Translations under genes and position numbers: made by a program
Notes under the pieces: generated by a model
What the model was told of the DNA's origin: nothing
What the model saw: the letters and a program-made list of their open reading frames with translations, nothing else
Database searches by the model: none
Part shown: piece after piece, positions 55,434 to 64,000 of the stretch
Layout: every line of letters begins with the position of its first letter
How positions within the stretch are numbered: position 1 is the stretch's first letter
Source: a virus
Virus record (IMG/VR): IMGVR_UViG_3300032307_000622
Coordinates: 1 to 64,000 of that record
Length of the DNA: 64,000 nt
Direction: 5' to 3' (one strand)

Positions 55434-56071
55434 TAGTTTTCAAGTATCCTAACAAAGGTAATTTCGCTTTTCTTAAATTTTTCATCAGAAAGAGATACTA
55501 GCTCTGTTACAGTTCCCTTACGCCTAGCGTGAATGATTTCATTATTTCCAACGTATATCCCAATGTGATAATACTTTTCAGCATTATAGTGACGGAATGC
55601 AACCAAATCTCCTACTTTGGGATAGTCCACATGAAATCCAGCATAAAGAGCTTGCTTTGTTGCAGAATGCTCTAGCTCAACACCAAGACCACGATAAAAC
55701 CAAAGAGTCAGCCCTGAACAGTCCCACCCACTTGGGGTAGATCCACTAAATACATACCAGGTTTTATTTACATAGTTCCTTAGCTCAGAGACTCTTATTT
55801 CTAGCAATAGCTTGTTCTCTTTGAGCATCTTTTGTCGTTGTTTTTCAGCCTCAATCTCCAAGAGCTTTTCTTGTTGAATTTGAACAAGCTCTAATACGTC
55901 TTGTTGCTCTTGCCCAAACATCTCTGAGACGCTTTGGGGTATTACCTGACTATATGATTTTTCAGGCATCGTTGAATCTGATACAGCCTTGGCTTTTTCT
56001 GGGGTTTGAGTTGTAAGGCCCATAATAATTAGTCCAAAGACTACAATTGCAGCAATTTTTTTGTTATCCAT
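55433..56071 (-). CDS. NlpC/P60 peptidoglycan peptidase
   Basis: YVFSG..P.GWDCSGL, GDLV, HIGIYVG, IHA; ATG follows AAGGAGG. Confidence 0.9.
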   Translation of the reverse strand: MDNKKIAAIVVFGLIIMGLTTQTPEKAKAVSDSTMPEKSYSQVIPQSVSEMFGQEQQDVLELVQIQQEKLLEIEAEKQRQKMLKENKLLLEIRVSELRNYVNKTWYVFSGSTPSGWDCSGLTLWFYRGLGVELEHSATKQALYAGFHVDYPKVGDLVAFRHYNAEKYYHIGIYVGNNEIIHARRKGTVTELVSLSDEKFKKSEITFVRILEN

Positions 56072-56314
56072 TGCTACCTCCTTTTTATTCTTTTCGTAGT
56101 TACGGCTCTTACACAGCCTCACCGACAATATTTTTATTAGTGCGATAGCAATAAAATTGTCTGTTTTTTAGAGTTAGTACTCAATGTCACTTTGTTGTTA
56201 CTCTGTTTCATCGTTTTGTCCTCCTAGAACAAAAACTCCCTTTTCAGGAAGTTGGATATAATTATACCATTATTTAACCCCATGTTCAACTTTTTTGCGT
56301 GGTATAATTATTGG

Positions 56315-56818
56315 ATGGCAACTGGACAATCGGACGCATATGATCTACCCTATCCATTAGCAGAGGATAATGTTAATGTTCATGGGGATATTAAGCAGCT
56401 AGTAGAAAAACTTGAGGCTGTCTTGCCCCTAGCATCATATTCACAGGTAAATGTGTTAAATAATAGTGGACAAGTAATTAATGCTGGAGATCCAGTATAT
56501 GTTACTGGATATACCACTGCTACAACGGTAGCTAAAGCTACACAAAGTACAACGGCACCAATCTTAGGATTGGCAAAAAGTTCAATCGTTAACAATGCTA
56601 ATGGAATTGTTGTAGTGTCTGGAATCATTCAAAATATTAATACATCTGCATTTGCTGCTGGAGATATTTTGCATGCAGGAACAAACGGCGGACTGACTAA
56701 CGCAGAATTGCCTGGCGGAGCAGTAGCCGTTGTTGTTTATGCAGCTGAAAATGGAATAGTCTCTGTTGACTCAAAAGGTAATGGAACATGGGGGGCACTA
56801 AAAGCTGGACTAGCTTAA
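56315..56818 (+). CDS. virion structural protein
   Basis: MATGQS...LPYP...NVHGDI; leaderless start 6 nt after TATAAT. Confidence 0.65.
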   Translation: MATGQSDAYDLPYPLAEDNVNVHGDIKQLVEKLEAVLPLASYSQVNVLNNSGQVINAGDPVYVTGYTTATTVAKATQSTTAPILGLAKSSIVNNANGIVVVSGIIQNINTSAFAAGDILHAGTNGGLTNAELPGGAVAVVVYAAENGIVSVDSKGNGTWGALKAGLA

Positions 56819-56836
56819 TAGTGATATAATGATAAA

Positions 56837-57229
56837 ATGGTAAGAACAGCTGCTTATAATGTAGGGAACACTCCTCCAAGAGTTACTTGGACAGTTGTTC
56901 GTGGCGATACCGCATCATTTAGGGCATACGTAACAGATGACTTCAAAGTAGCCTTAAATATCCCAGACTGGACAATTTCCATGAAGATCAAGCGTCCAAA
57001 TCTTGCCATCAATGCTGGAAAGATTACGGATGATGCAACCCTTGTTTTAATTCTATCACCAGAACCCATTGATGGCGATGGGGCTGGAGAGTTTACAGTT
57101 TCTTTAACAGCAGAAGAGTCTAATGTTCTTCAAACTGGGGATATTTTTGACATCCAGCTATCTGATGCTACAAGAGTTTGGACAGTTGCTCAGGGCAGCA
57201 TGATAATTCTTGAAGATGTGACAGACTAA
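56837..57229 (+). CDS. virion protein, BppU N-terminal-like
   Basis: VVRGDT...FDIQL...DVT; paralog of the 44978 gene. Confidence 0.6.
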   Translation: MVRTAAYNVGNTPPRVTWTVVRGDTASFRAYVTDDFKVALNIPDWTISMKIKRPNLAINAGKITDDATLVLILSPEPIDGDGAGEFTVSLTAEESNVLQTGDIFDIQLSDATRVWTVAQGSMIILEDVTD

Positions 57230-57453
57230 TGGCCTTTGTAAAGATTTCGGAACGCAACTATTCTTCTAAAATAAAAAAGCATTTTAGCTATGGCATTTTT
57301 AGAATTGGCAAAACTTCTAGAAAAGTAGAGATAAAAGAGGTTCTTCCTTTTAGGATTAAGTTTACAAATACCAACATTAGAAGCAACTATGGACCAGGTA
57401 ATGCTGCCCCAATCGGAATAGCAATTATTGGCCTAAACAATTACGTAATGTAA
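57229..57453 (+). CDS. hypothetical virion protein
   Basis: APIGIAIIG C-terminus. Confidence 0.55.
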   Translation: MAFVKISERNYSSKIKKHFSYGIFRIGKTSRKVEIKEVLPFRIKFTNTNIRSNYGPGNAAPIGIAIIGLNNYVM

Positions 57454-57476
57454 ATAAACAATGATATAATTTAATC

Positions 57477-57923
57477 ATGTCTAGAACAACCCTATCTTAT
57501 GTAAAGACCAGATTTGAGACTGGTGACCGTCCAGAGCAGCAAGACTACGTTGACCTAATTGATACAGTGTCAGCCCAGTCAACTGACCTTGGTACTTTTG
57601 GAAATAACGAAAACACAATCAATGAAATCGAAAACGTAACAGTTCTTGATAGCTTTGATGCGACTGTTTGGAGAATGGTTAAGTACCTGATTTCTATTTC
57701 TAAAACCACAAACGGAGATAATAAGTTCTACGCAACAGAATTGACCATACTAGTTGACGGTAACAACGTTAATGTTAGCGAATATGGAACGATAGACAAC
57801 GATGGGAATATGGGAACCATAAGCGTCTCTAGAGCTGGAGATACAGTGGCAATTACACTAACTCCAGATTCAGTAATCAAGCCAGTAACTGTACGTTATG
57901 CACGTATGGGACTTAAGGCATAG
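57477..57923 (+). CDS. virion structural protein
   Basis: FETGDRP.QQDY.DLID; C-terminal domain shared with the 57941 gene (SEYG). Confidence 0.65.
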   Translation: MSRTTLSYVKTRFETGDRPEQQDYVDLIDTVSAQSTDLGTFGNNENTINEIENVTVLDSFDATVWRMVKYLISISKTTNGDNKFYATELTILVDGNNVNVSEYGTIDNDGNMGTISVSRAGDTVAITLTPDSVIKPVTVRYARMGLKA

Positions 57924-57940
57924 ACTAATAGGAGATAATA

Positions 57941-60844
57941 ATGGCAACAGTAAACAAGAATTTTAAGGTCAAGCATGGCTTGGTCGTTGAAGGTACCACA
58001 GGTACCATTGCTGGTGAGGACATCCTTACCAAAAAGCAAGAAGATATTGATTATATTATTGATCAAGTTGGTGGCTCTGGTGTTCCTACTAATACCCCAA
58101 ATACCCTAGTCCTTCGTGATGAAAACGGAGACTTCGCTGCTAACGATATTACAGCAAATGAAATTAGCATTGGCTCAATAGGTCGCATTTACGATGACGG
58201 TGGCGACATGGTCATTGACAATCTTGATGGCAACGATGTTACGATTAATGCTGATGATATTAGACTTAATGCACAAGATGATGTTCGTGTCAGTGCAAAC
58301 GATTTAGTTCAGCTTACATCTAATAATGGAGACATTGAGCTGGTTGCAAATGGCAATGTCTACATTGGGACTGACAATAGTCCAGAATATGTGGTAGTTG
58401 CCAAGGGAACACTTGACAGCCACATTGGTGATGTAACTGTTGACGGCACTGCAGGAAACACTGTAACTGACAGAATTGCTACTGCTAAGCAGGAAGCTAT
58501 TGATGCTGGTTCTTCAGACGTAACCACTCACTCAAACCTTACAACTGGAGTTCACGGTGTAACTGGTGATGTTGTTGGAACAACTGACACTCAGACACTT
58601 ACAAACAAGACTCTTGGTTCTGGAACTAATCTTTCTGTAAACCTAGACATGAACGGTAACAAGATTGAAGATCTTGGAACACCTACTGCTGGTACAGATG
58701 CTACAACTAAGAACTATGTAGACGATGGAGATACCGCAACTCTTGGTTCCGCCAACTCCTACACAGATGACGAAATTACTGCACTAGACACTTCTCTAAA
58801 GGCTTATGCAGACCAGGCAGAGTCAGATGCAATTAGCTCAGCAGCTTCAGCTGCAGCAGCTCTATATGCACCACTTGCTGGAGCAACCTTTACTGGTGAT
58901 GTTATCCTTCCTGGAGACCCTACCCAGGCTCTAGGTGCAGCTACAAAGCAGTACGTAGACGCAGTTGCAGAAGGACTACACGTTCACGCATCTACAGTTG
59001 CAGCTACTACCGCAAACGTGGATCTTGCAACAGGTGGATTGCTAACAATTGATGGCGTAGGTCTTAATGAAGACGAGCGTGTTCTTGTTAAGAATCAGTC
59101 AAATGCAACTCAGAACGGTATCTACCTAGCCAAGCCTGGTGCTTGGGTACGTGCAGATGACTACAACTCTGCTGCAGAAATTCAGGGTGGTGACTTTACC
59201 TTCGTAACTGGCGGTAACACTTACGCAAATACTGGATGGGTTCAGACAAATGTTGTAACAACTCTAGGAACATCCACAATTAACTTCGACCAGTTCTCTG
59301 GTGCTGGAGAATATGTTGCAGGTACTGGTCTAACTCTAAATGGAAACTCATTCGCTATTGATGATACCGTTACAGCTACCAAGTCTTACGTAGATGGCGA
59401 AATTTCAGACCTAGACGCTGCTGCTCAAGGCTATGCAGATGATGCAGAGGTTGATGCAAAAGCGTACACTGATCAGCGTGAAAGTGCAATCACAACTGCT
59501 TACCAAGGTTATGCAGATAACGCAGAAGCTGATGCAAAGCTTTACACAGATCAGGAAATTTCTGCTCTAAACACTGATGACATTGAAGAAGGTCTTACCA
59601 ACGAATACTTCACAGATGCTCGTGCGAAAGGATCTGCTGCAGATCTTTTGGTAAATGCTAATAAGACAAACATTACCATTACTGGAAACGAAGATGGTCT
59701 AACCATTACTGCAGAAAATGGTGTTGCTCAGTCTACCACAGACGATTTGACTGAAGGATCAGCAAACCTATACTTCACAGATGCTCGTGCTCAGGCTGCA
59801 GTTGCAGGAGATATAACTACTGCAATAAACGCTCTTGACACTGATGCTATTGAAGAGGGCGTAGGCAATCTTTACTTTACAGATCAGCGAGCACTTACTG
59901 CTACATCTTCAGCATATGACCCAGCAGGTTCTGCTCAGGGTGCTTATGACAATGCAGTGTCTTACACAAACACAACGCTTGAAAATTACACTCCAACAAA
60001 CTCGCTAGATTCAGTAGTTGATAATTTTGGATTCCTCAAGCAAGAAGATCTTACAGGCTATGCAACAGAAACCTATGCTAATAATGCTGCAAATACAGCA
60101 CAGCAAAATGCAGAAAGCTATGCAGATTCCAAGATCAGTGATTCCTCATCTGCCTCAGACAAGGTTTGGTCCGCATACAAGACAAGCACTGAGATTAGTC
60201 TTGCTCAGGCAGCTGCAGAGCTACACGCAGATAACGCAATTGCTGCTCTCGTAGATGCTGCACCATCAACTCTAGACACTCTAAATGAGTTGGCTGCAGC
60301 ACTTCAGGATAACCCAGACATCATTTCTGACCTTCAGGATATTGCTGCTGGAAAGCAGGATACACTAACTGCTGGAGCAAACATTGACATTACAGGGGCA
60401 ACAATCTCTGTAACTGGTCTAGACACTAACGATGTTTCTGAGGGTACAAACCTGTACTTTACAGACCAGAGAGCAATTGATGCAGTTCAGAATACAACTC
60501 CAGTCTTCTCAGCAGTTGATATTGATTCAGTTGCTAAGCAGGTTGCAGCAAGTCTTGAAGCATCAACAGCAGGACTTCAGGTAGCATATGCCTGGAACAA
60601 GTCAGAATATCGTTCAGCAGAATTCCTTGTAAAGGTTGAAACCTTGACAAACTCTGAAATTTCAAAGATTCTTCTGACACTTGATTCTTCAGACAACATT
60701 GCAATTACTGAATATGGAATTGTTGGAACAAATGGCTCAATGTCATCTGTTTCAGCAGGTATCTCAGGATCAGATGTACAACTTGAGGTAACAACCACTA
60801 ACAATAACTCAGTAGTTACTGTTATGGGAACTCTACTAGCATAA
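57941..60844 (+). CDS. long tail fibre protein
   Basis: 967 aa; NLYFTDxRA, ATKxYVD and LDTLNELAAAL repeats; RVLVKNQ...NGIY. Confidence 0.8.
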   Translation: MATVNKNFKVKHGLVVEGTTGTIAGEDILTKKQEDIDYIIDQVGGSGVPTNTPNTLVLRDENGDFAANDITANEISIGSIGRIYDDGGDMVIDNLDGNDVTINADDIRLNAQDDVRVSANDLVQLTSNNGDIELVANGNVYIGTDNSPEYVVVAKGTLDSHIGDVTVDGTAGNTVTDRIATAKQEAIDAGSSDVTTHSNLTTGVHGVTGDVVGTTDTQTLTNKTLGSGTNLSVNLDMNGNKIEDLGTPTAGTDATTKNYVDDGDTATLGSANSYTDDEITALDTSLKAYADQAESDAISSAASAAAALYAPLAGATFTGDVILPGDPTQALGAATKQYVDAVAEGLHVHASTVAATTANVDLATGGLLTIDGVGLNEDERVLVKNQSNATQNGIYLAKPGAWVRADDYNSAAEIQGGDFTFVTGGNTYANTGWVQTNVVTTLGTSTINFDQFSGAGEYVAGTGLTLNGNSFAIDDTVTATKSYVDGEISDLDAAAQGYADDAEVDAKAYTDQRESAITTAYQGYADNAEADAKLYTDQEISALNTDDIEEGLTNEYFTDARAKGSAADLLVNANKTNITITGNEDGLTITAENGVAQSTTDDLTEGSANLYFTDARAQAAVAGDITTAINALDTDAIEEGVGNLYFTDQRALTATSSAYDPAGSAQGAYDNAVSYTNTTLENYTPTNSLDSVVDNFGFLKQEDLTGYATETYANNAANTAQQNAESYADSKISDSSSASDKVWSAYKTSTEISLAQAAAELHADNAIAALVDAAPSTLDTLNELAAALQDNPDIISDLQDIAAGKQDTLTAGANIDITGATISVTGLDTNDVSEGTNLYFTDQRAIDAVQNTTPVFSAVDIDSVAKQVAASLEASTAGLQVAYAWNKSEYRSAEFLVKVETLTNSEISKILLTLDSSDNIAITEYGIVGTNGSMSSVSAGISGSDVQLEVTTTNNNSVVTVMGTLLA

Positions 60845-60862
60845 TAAGGCAAAGGTGATAAA

Positions 60863-61324
60863 GTGACTGTAGAAAATAAAGACTTTAAAGTCAAGCATGG
60901 TCTTCAGGTTGCTAACGGCGGTATATTTGGTGCTGCAGTTGTGGTTGGTACTCCAACAGAAAATACACACGCTGCAACTAAAGAATATGTAGACTCTGTA
61001 GCAGCAGCTCCACTTGTCCCAATTGAGTCAGATGCCCCAGAGGCTCCAATAGATGGACAGATGTATTTTGATGCAGAATCAAAGAGATTAGCAATCTATC
61101 ATGATGGAGTTTGGACAACACTTGCAACATTGGCAGATGCCGCAGAGTTGCCACAACACATTCACGATACAGCAATTGGCGGTACTGGTTTAATCGTAAG
61201 TACTTTCGTAGATGCTGGGTTTTATAACGATTCTTCTTCTACACCAGTAGATGCAGGATACTATAACACATCGTCTTGGAATGAGACTTGGGATGGCGGA
61301 CTAGCTATCGACAACTTTAACTAA
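60863..61324 (+). CDS. tail fibre-associated protein
   Basis: KDFKVKHGL N-terminus shared with the 57941 gene. Confidence 0.65.
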   Translation: MTVENKDFKVKHGLQVANGGIFGAAVVVGTPTENTHAATKEYVDSVAAAPLVPIESDAPEAPIDGQMYFDAESKRLAIYHDGVWTTLATLADAAELPQHIHDTAIGGTGLIVSTFVDAGFYNDSSSTPVDAGYYNTSSWNETWDGGLAIDNFN

Positions 61325-61395
61325 TTCATAATAAAATAGATGATATAATTATGAATAGAACACTTGGGTAAACCCCACTTAGAGGAGATATAGAC

Positions 61396-62967
61396 ATGGC
61401 AACAAGAATGCAACAGCGACGAGGCACTGAGGCTCAGTGGACCTCTGCAGACCCAATCCTGGCTTCTGGAGAAATTGGTTTTGAGTCCGATACTGGTCAG
61501 TTTAAGATTGGTGATGGTATCAATCACTGGTCAGACCTATCCTACTTCAAGGATCTTAGCGATCTTGGTGGAACCCTAGATGATTATGTTCCACTAACTC
61601 AAAAAGGTTCAGACAATGGAGTTGCCACACTAGATGGCAATGGGTATGTTCCAGTTGACCAGCTTGGCAATGTTATTGGAGATGCTCCACAAATCTTGGA
61701 TACACTAGGAGAAATTGCTAGTGCTGTTAATGATGCAAATGGAATTGTGTCAAGCAAAATTGAAATTGCCATTGGAGAAGAAGCTACCGCTAGGGACACT
61801 GCAATAGACACTGCAGTTCAGACTCTAACTGGACTTATTAATGATGAAGAAAATGCTAGAATAGATGCAATTCACGACGAAGCTGATGCAAGAGCAGAGG
61901 CAATCTCTAGTGCAATCGGAACCCACTCTAGCGACACTACAAACGTTCACGGTATCGCAGACACATCTTTGCTTGTTACAACAACAACTGCACAGGGCTA
62001 TGTTTCCACTCACAATTCTGAGACTGAAAACGTGCACGGCATTGCAAGTACCGCAGACCTAGTAACAAAGTCTGCAACTCAATCTCTATCAAACAAGACC
62101 ATTAACACCGCAGACAATGACATCACAGTTGTAGCTGCAGACATTAGCGATGTTACTGCCTCTGCTGCAGAGCTTAATGTTCTTGACGGAATCACCGCCT
62201 CAACTACAGAACTAAACTATGTAGACGGAGTGACATCTGCCATCCAGACTCAGCTAAATGCCAAGGCACCCATAGCTGACCCAACATTTACAGGAACTAC
62301 CACTACAGCAAATCTTTCTATTACTGGAAACCTTACTGTTGGCGGAACAACCACAACTGTTAATGCAACAGACTTGAGCATATCAGACCCACTAATTTAC
62401 ATGTCTAGCGGAGCCTGGACAACAGATATCGTAGACGTAGGATTCCTTGCTGCTACAGGTGAAGTTGGAGGAACTGAGCAAGACCACAAGCACTCTGGAT
62501 TGTTCCGTGACGTAAGTGATAACAAGAAATGGAAGCTTGTTTCGAATGTTCCACACCCAGTATCAAATACTGTAGACCTGACAAACGCTGCATACGACAC
62601 CCTCAGATTGGGTGCGGTTGAGTTCTCTGATGGTGTACAGGTTAAGCAGGGTGTTCCATCCCTTACTGAAATTAACCAGAAGACATCTGCTTACACAACT
62701 GTTCTAACAGACCGTGATAAGCTTGTAGAGATTAATTCATCTTCTGGTGTAACTGTTACAATTCCTACAAACTCATCTGTGGCCTATCCAGTCGGAACAT
62801 CATTTGATATTCTGCAAACTGGAACTGGGCAGGTAACAATTGCTGGTGCAGGTGGCGTAACTGTAAATGCAACACCTGGACTAAAGCTACGTACTCAGTG
62901 GTCATCTGCCACCCTATTTAAGAGGGCAGAAAACACCTGGGTTGTCTTTGGAGACCTTTCAGCATAA
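61396..62967 (+). CDS. tail fibre protein (Mtd/hyaluronidase N-terminal-like)
   Basis: QQRRGT.AQW...PILA.GEIGFE.DT..FKIGDG; VHGIA repeats. Confidence 0.8.
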   Translation: MATRMQQRRGTEAQWTSADPILASGEIGFESDTGQFKIGDGINHWSDLSYFKDLSDLGGTLDDYVPLTQKGSDNGVATLDGNGYVPVDQLGNVIGDAPQILDTLGEIASAVNDANGIVSSKIEIAIGEEATARDTAIDTAVQTLTGLINDEENARIDAIHDEADARAEAISSAIGTHSSDTTNVHGIADTSLLVTTTTAQGYVSTHNSETENVHGIASTADLVTKSATQSLSNKTINTADNDITVVAADISDVTASAAELNVLDGITASTTELNYVDGVTSAIQTQLNAKAPIADPTFTGTTTTANLSITGNLTVGGTTTTVNATDLSISDPLIYMSSGAWTTDIVDVGFLAATGEVGGTEQDHKHSGLFRDVSDNKKWKLVSNVPHPVSNTVDLTNAAYDTLRLGAVEFSDGVQVKQGVPSLTEINQKTSAYTTVLTDRDKLVEINSSSGVTVTIPTNSSVAYPVGTSFDILQTGTGQVTIAGAGGVTVNATPGLKLRTQWSSATLFKRAENTWVVFGDLSA

Positions 62968-62990
62968 TTAAAGAATTAAGGAGAATATAA

Positions 62991-63716
62991 ATGGCAGCAA
63001 ATAAAAGAGCAGGAAAGAAGTCTCTTGCACAAAATGATTATCTGGCTCCAGCAGCCCCATTAATTGGGACTGCGGAAGATACTGGAAGCGGTAGATCTTT
63101 TAATGATGCCAAGGTTCTTGTAACATTTACTCCTCAGGGACCAAATGATGCTACTTCGTTCACAGTAACATCTTCTCCAGGAGGATATACTGCAACAGAT
63201 TCATCCTCTCCAGTTATTCTTACTGGGCTTCAGTCAGGAGTATCCTATACATTTACAGTAACAGCAACTAATTCTTATGGAACTTCTGCTCCATCTGCAG
63301 CTACCTCTGCAATTACAGCAACAACTGTTCCTGCTGCCGTAGGTACGCCATCAGTTAGCTCCCCATCAGCTGGTATTGACAGAGTTAGTTGGGACGCTCC
63401 TGCAAATGGTGGAAAAGCTATTTCTAGCTATTACTGGTATTCCTCTGATGGAAAGTCTGGAACGACATCTTCAACAACAGTAGATGTTAGCCAGGAGCAG
63501 GGAACATCTCAGACATACCAGGTTTATGCAACGAATGCTAATGGAAATGGAGCATCGTCTCCAAGCTCAGCTTCAGTCACCACAACCTTCTCCTTTGCAC
63601 CTTTTGGTGCGTTTGGATTCTCACCATTTGGATTCTCTCCATTCGGCTTCTCGCCCTTTGGCTTCTCTCCATTTGGGTTTGCTCCAAACTGGTATGGCTG
63701 TGCTGGCTGGTGCTAA
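62991..63716 (+). CDS. fibronectin type III virion protein with C-terminal FSPFG repeats
   Basis: GL..G..YTFTV.ATN..G and W.AP..GG..I..Y FN3 motifs; (FSPFG)n tail ending CAGWC. Confidence 0.8.
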   Translation: MAANKRAGKKSLAQNDYLAPAAPLIGTAEDTGSGRSFNDAKVLVTFTPQGPNDATSFTVTSSPGGYTATDSSSPVILTGLQSGVSYTFTVTATNSYGTSAPSAATSAITATTVPAAVGTPSVSSPSAGIDRVSWDAPANGGKAISSYYWYSSDGKSGTTSSTTVDVSQEQGTSQTYQVYATNANGNGASSPSSASVTTTFSFAPFGAFGFSPFGFSPFGFSPFGFSPFGFAPNWYGCAGWC

Positions 63717-63775
63717 AAAATTGCAACAAAATCTCCTATAGTGTATAATAAAATATATCGTTAGGAGATTTTATT

Positions 63776-64000
63776 ATGGACACCATGTCCCCACTAAAAA
63801 GTGTAAGCCAATCAACACAACCACATCGCTTTTTTGAAGCTTTTTTGGATAATGACCTTGAAAAGTTAAAAACAGAGCTAATTGATAGGTACGAAAAGAT
63901 TAGACGAGCAGAGGTCTCTGGGGTAGGAGATCTAAGAGAAGACGAGCTTTGGAAATCTTCCAATAGTGTCTCTACAATGAAATGGAGAGAATATAACGTC
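63776..64000 (+). CDS. 3'-truncated hypothetical protein
   Basis: ATG after AGGAG; open to the window end (MDTMSPLKSVSQSTQPHRFFE...). Confidence 0.6.
   Translation, partial: MDTMSPLKSVSQSTQPHRFFEAFLDNDLEKLKTELIDRYEKIRRAEVSGVGDLREDELWKSSNSVSTMKWREYNV

Noticed and set aside
56095-56130. Hammerhead-like stem (CGGTGA-GGCT...AGCC-GTAA)
   Set aside because: The core does not match CUGANGA/GAAA.
1-64000. Alternative genetic code or stop-codon recoding
   Set aside because: Recognisable genes are full length in code 11, TAA, TAG and TGA all terminate genes, and no suppressor tRNA is seen.

Overview
This window is a 64 kb, visibly AT-rich segment of a large tailed dsDNA phage. The host is very probably a freshwater Actinobacterium: the phage encodes WhiB, an MSMEG_6728-type glycosylase and a PASTA domain, uses AGAAAGGA-type Shine-Dalgarno (SD) sequences, and many genes appear leaderless. 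Three blocks are visible. (1) 1-29.3 kb holds mostly + strand accessory genes: six tRNAs, an RsmI-like methylase, Hsp20, GroES, an Ntn protease, a subtilase and two M23 lysins. It also carries many modification enzymes (2OG-Fe(II) hydroxylases, glycosyltransferases, carbamoyltransferase, halogenase-like, APS kinase, Stealth-like, methyltransferase). (2) About 29.4-44.3 kb is an almost entirely minus-strand block of small 'early/host-takeover'-type genes bounded by an imperfect inverted repeat. It is full of repeated non-coding elements: 15 promoters with an ATGTC spacer motif, a fixed-spacing TTCTGSG-N-TCGTAA site, GACACGCCG boxes, covarying 3' pseudoknots and hairpins with anti-RBS loops. (3) 44.4-64 kb holds tail, baseplate and fibre genes with Pro-rich, collagen-like and FSPFG-repeat segments, interleaved with more 2OG oxygenases. 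The most interesting signals are the phage RNA/cis-element regulatory set and a putative prolyl-hydroxylation/O-glycosylation pathway for virion proteins. All family assignments come from motif recognition by eye; no searches were run.
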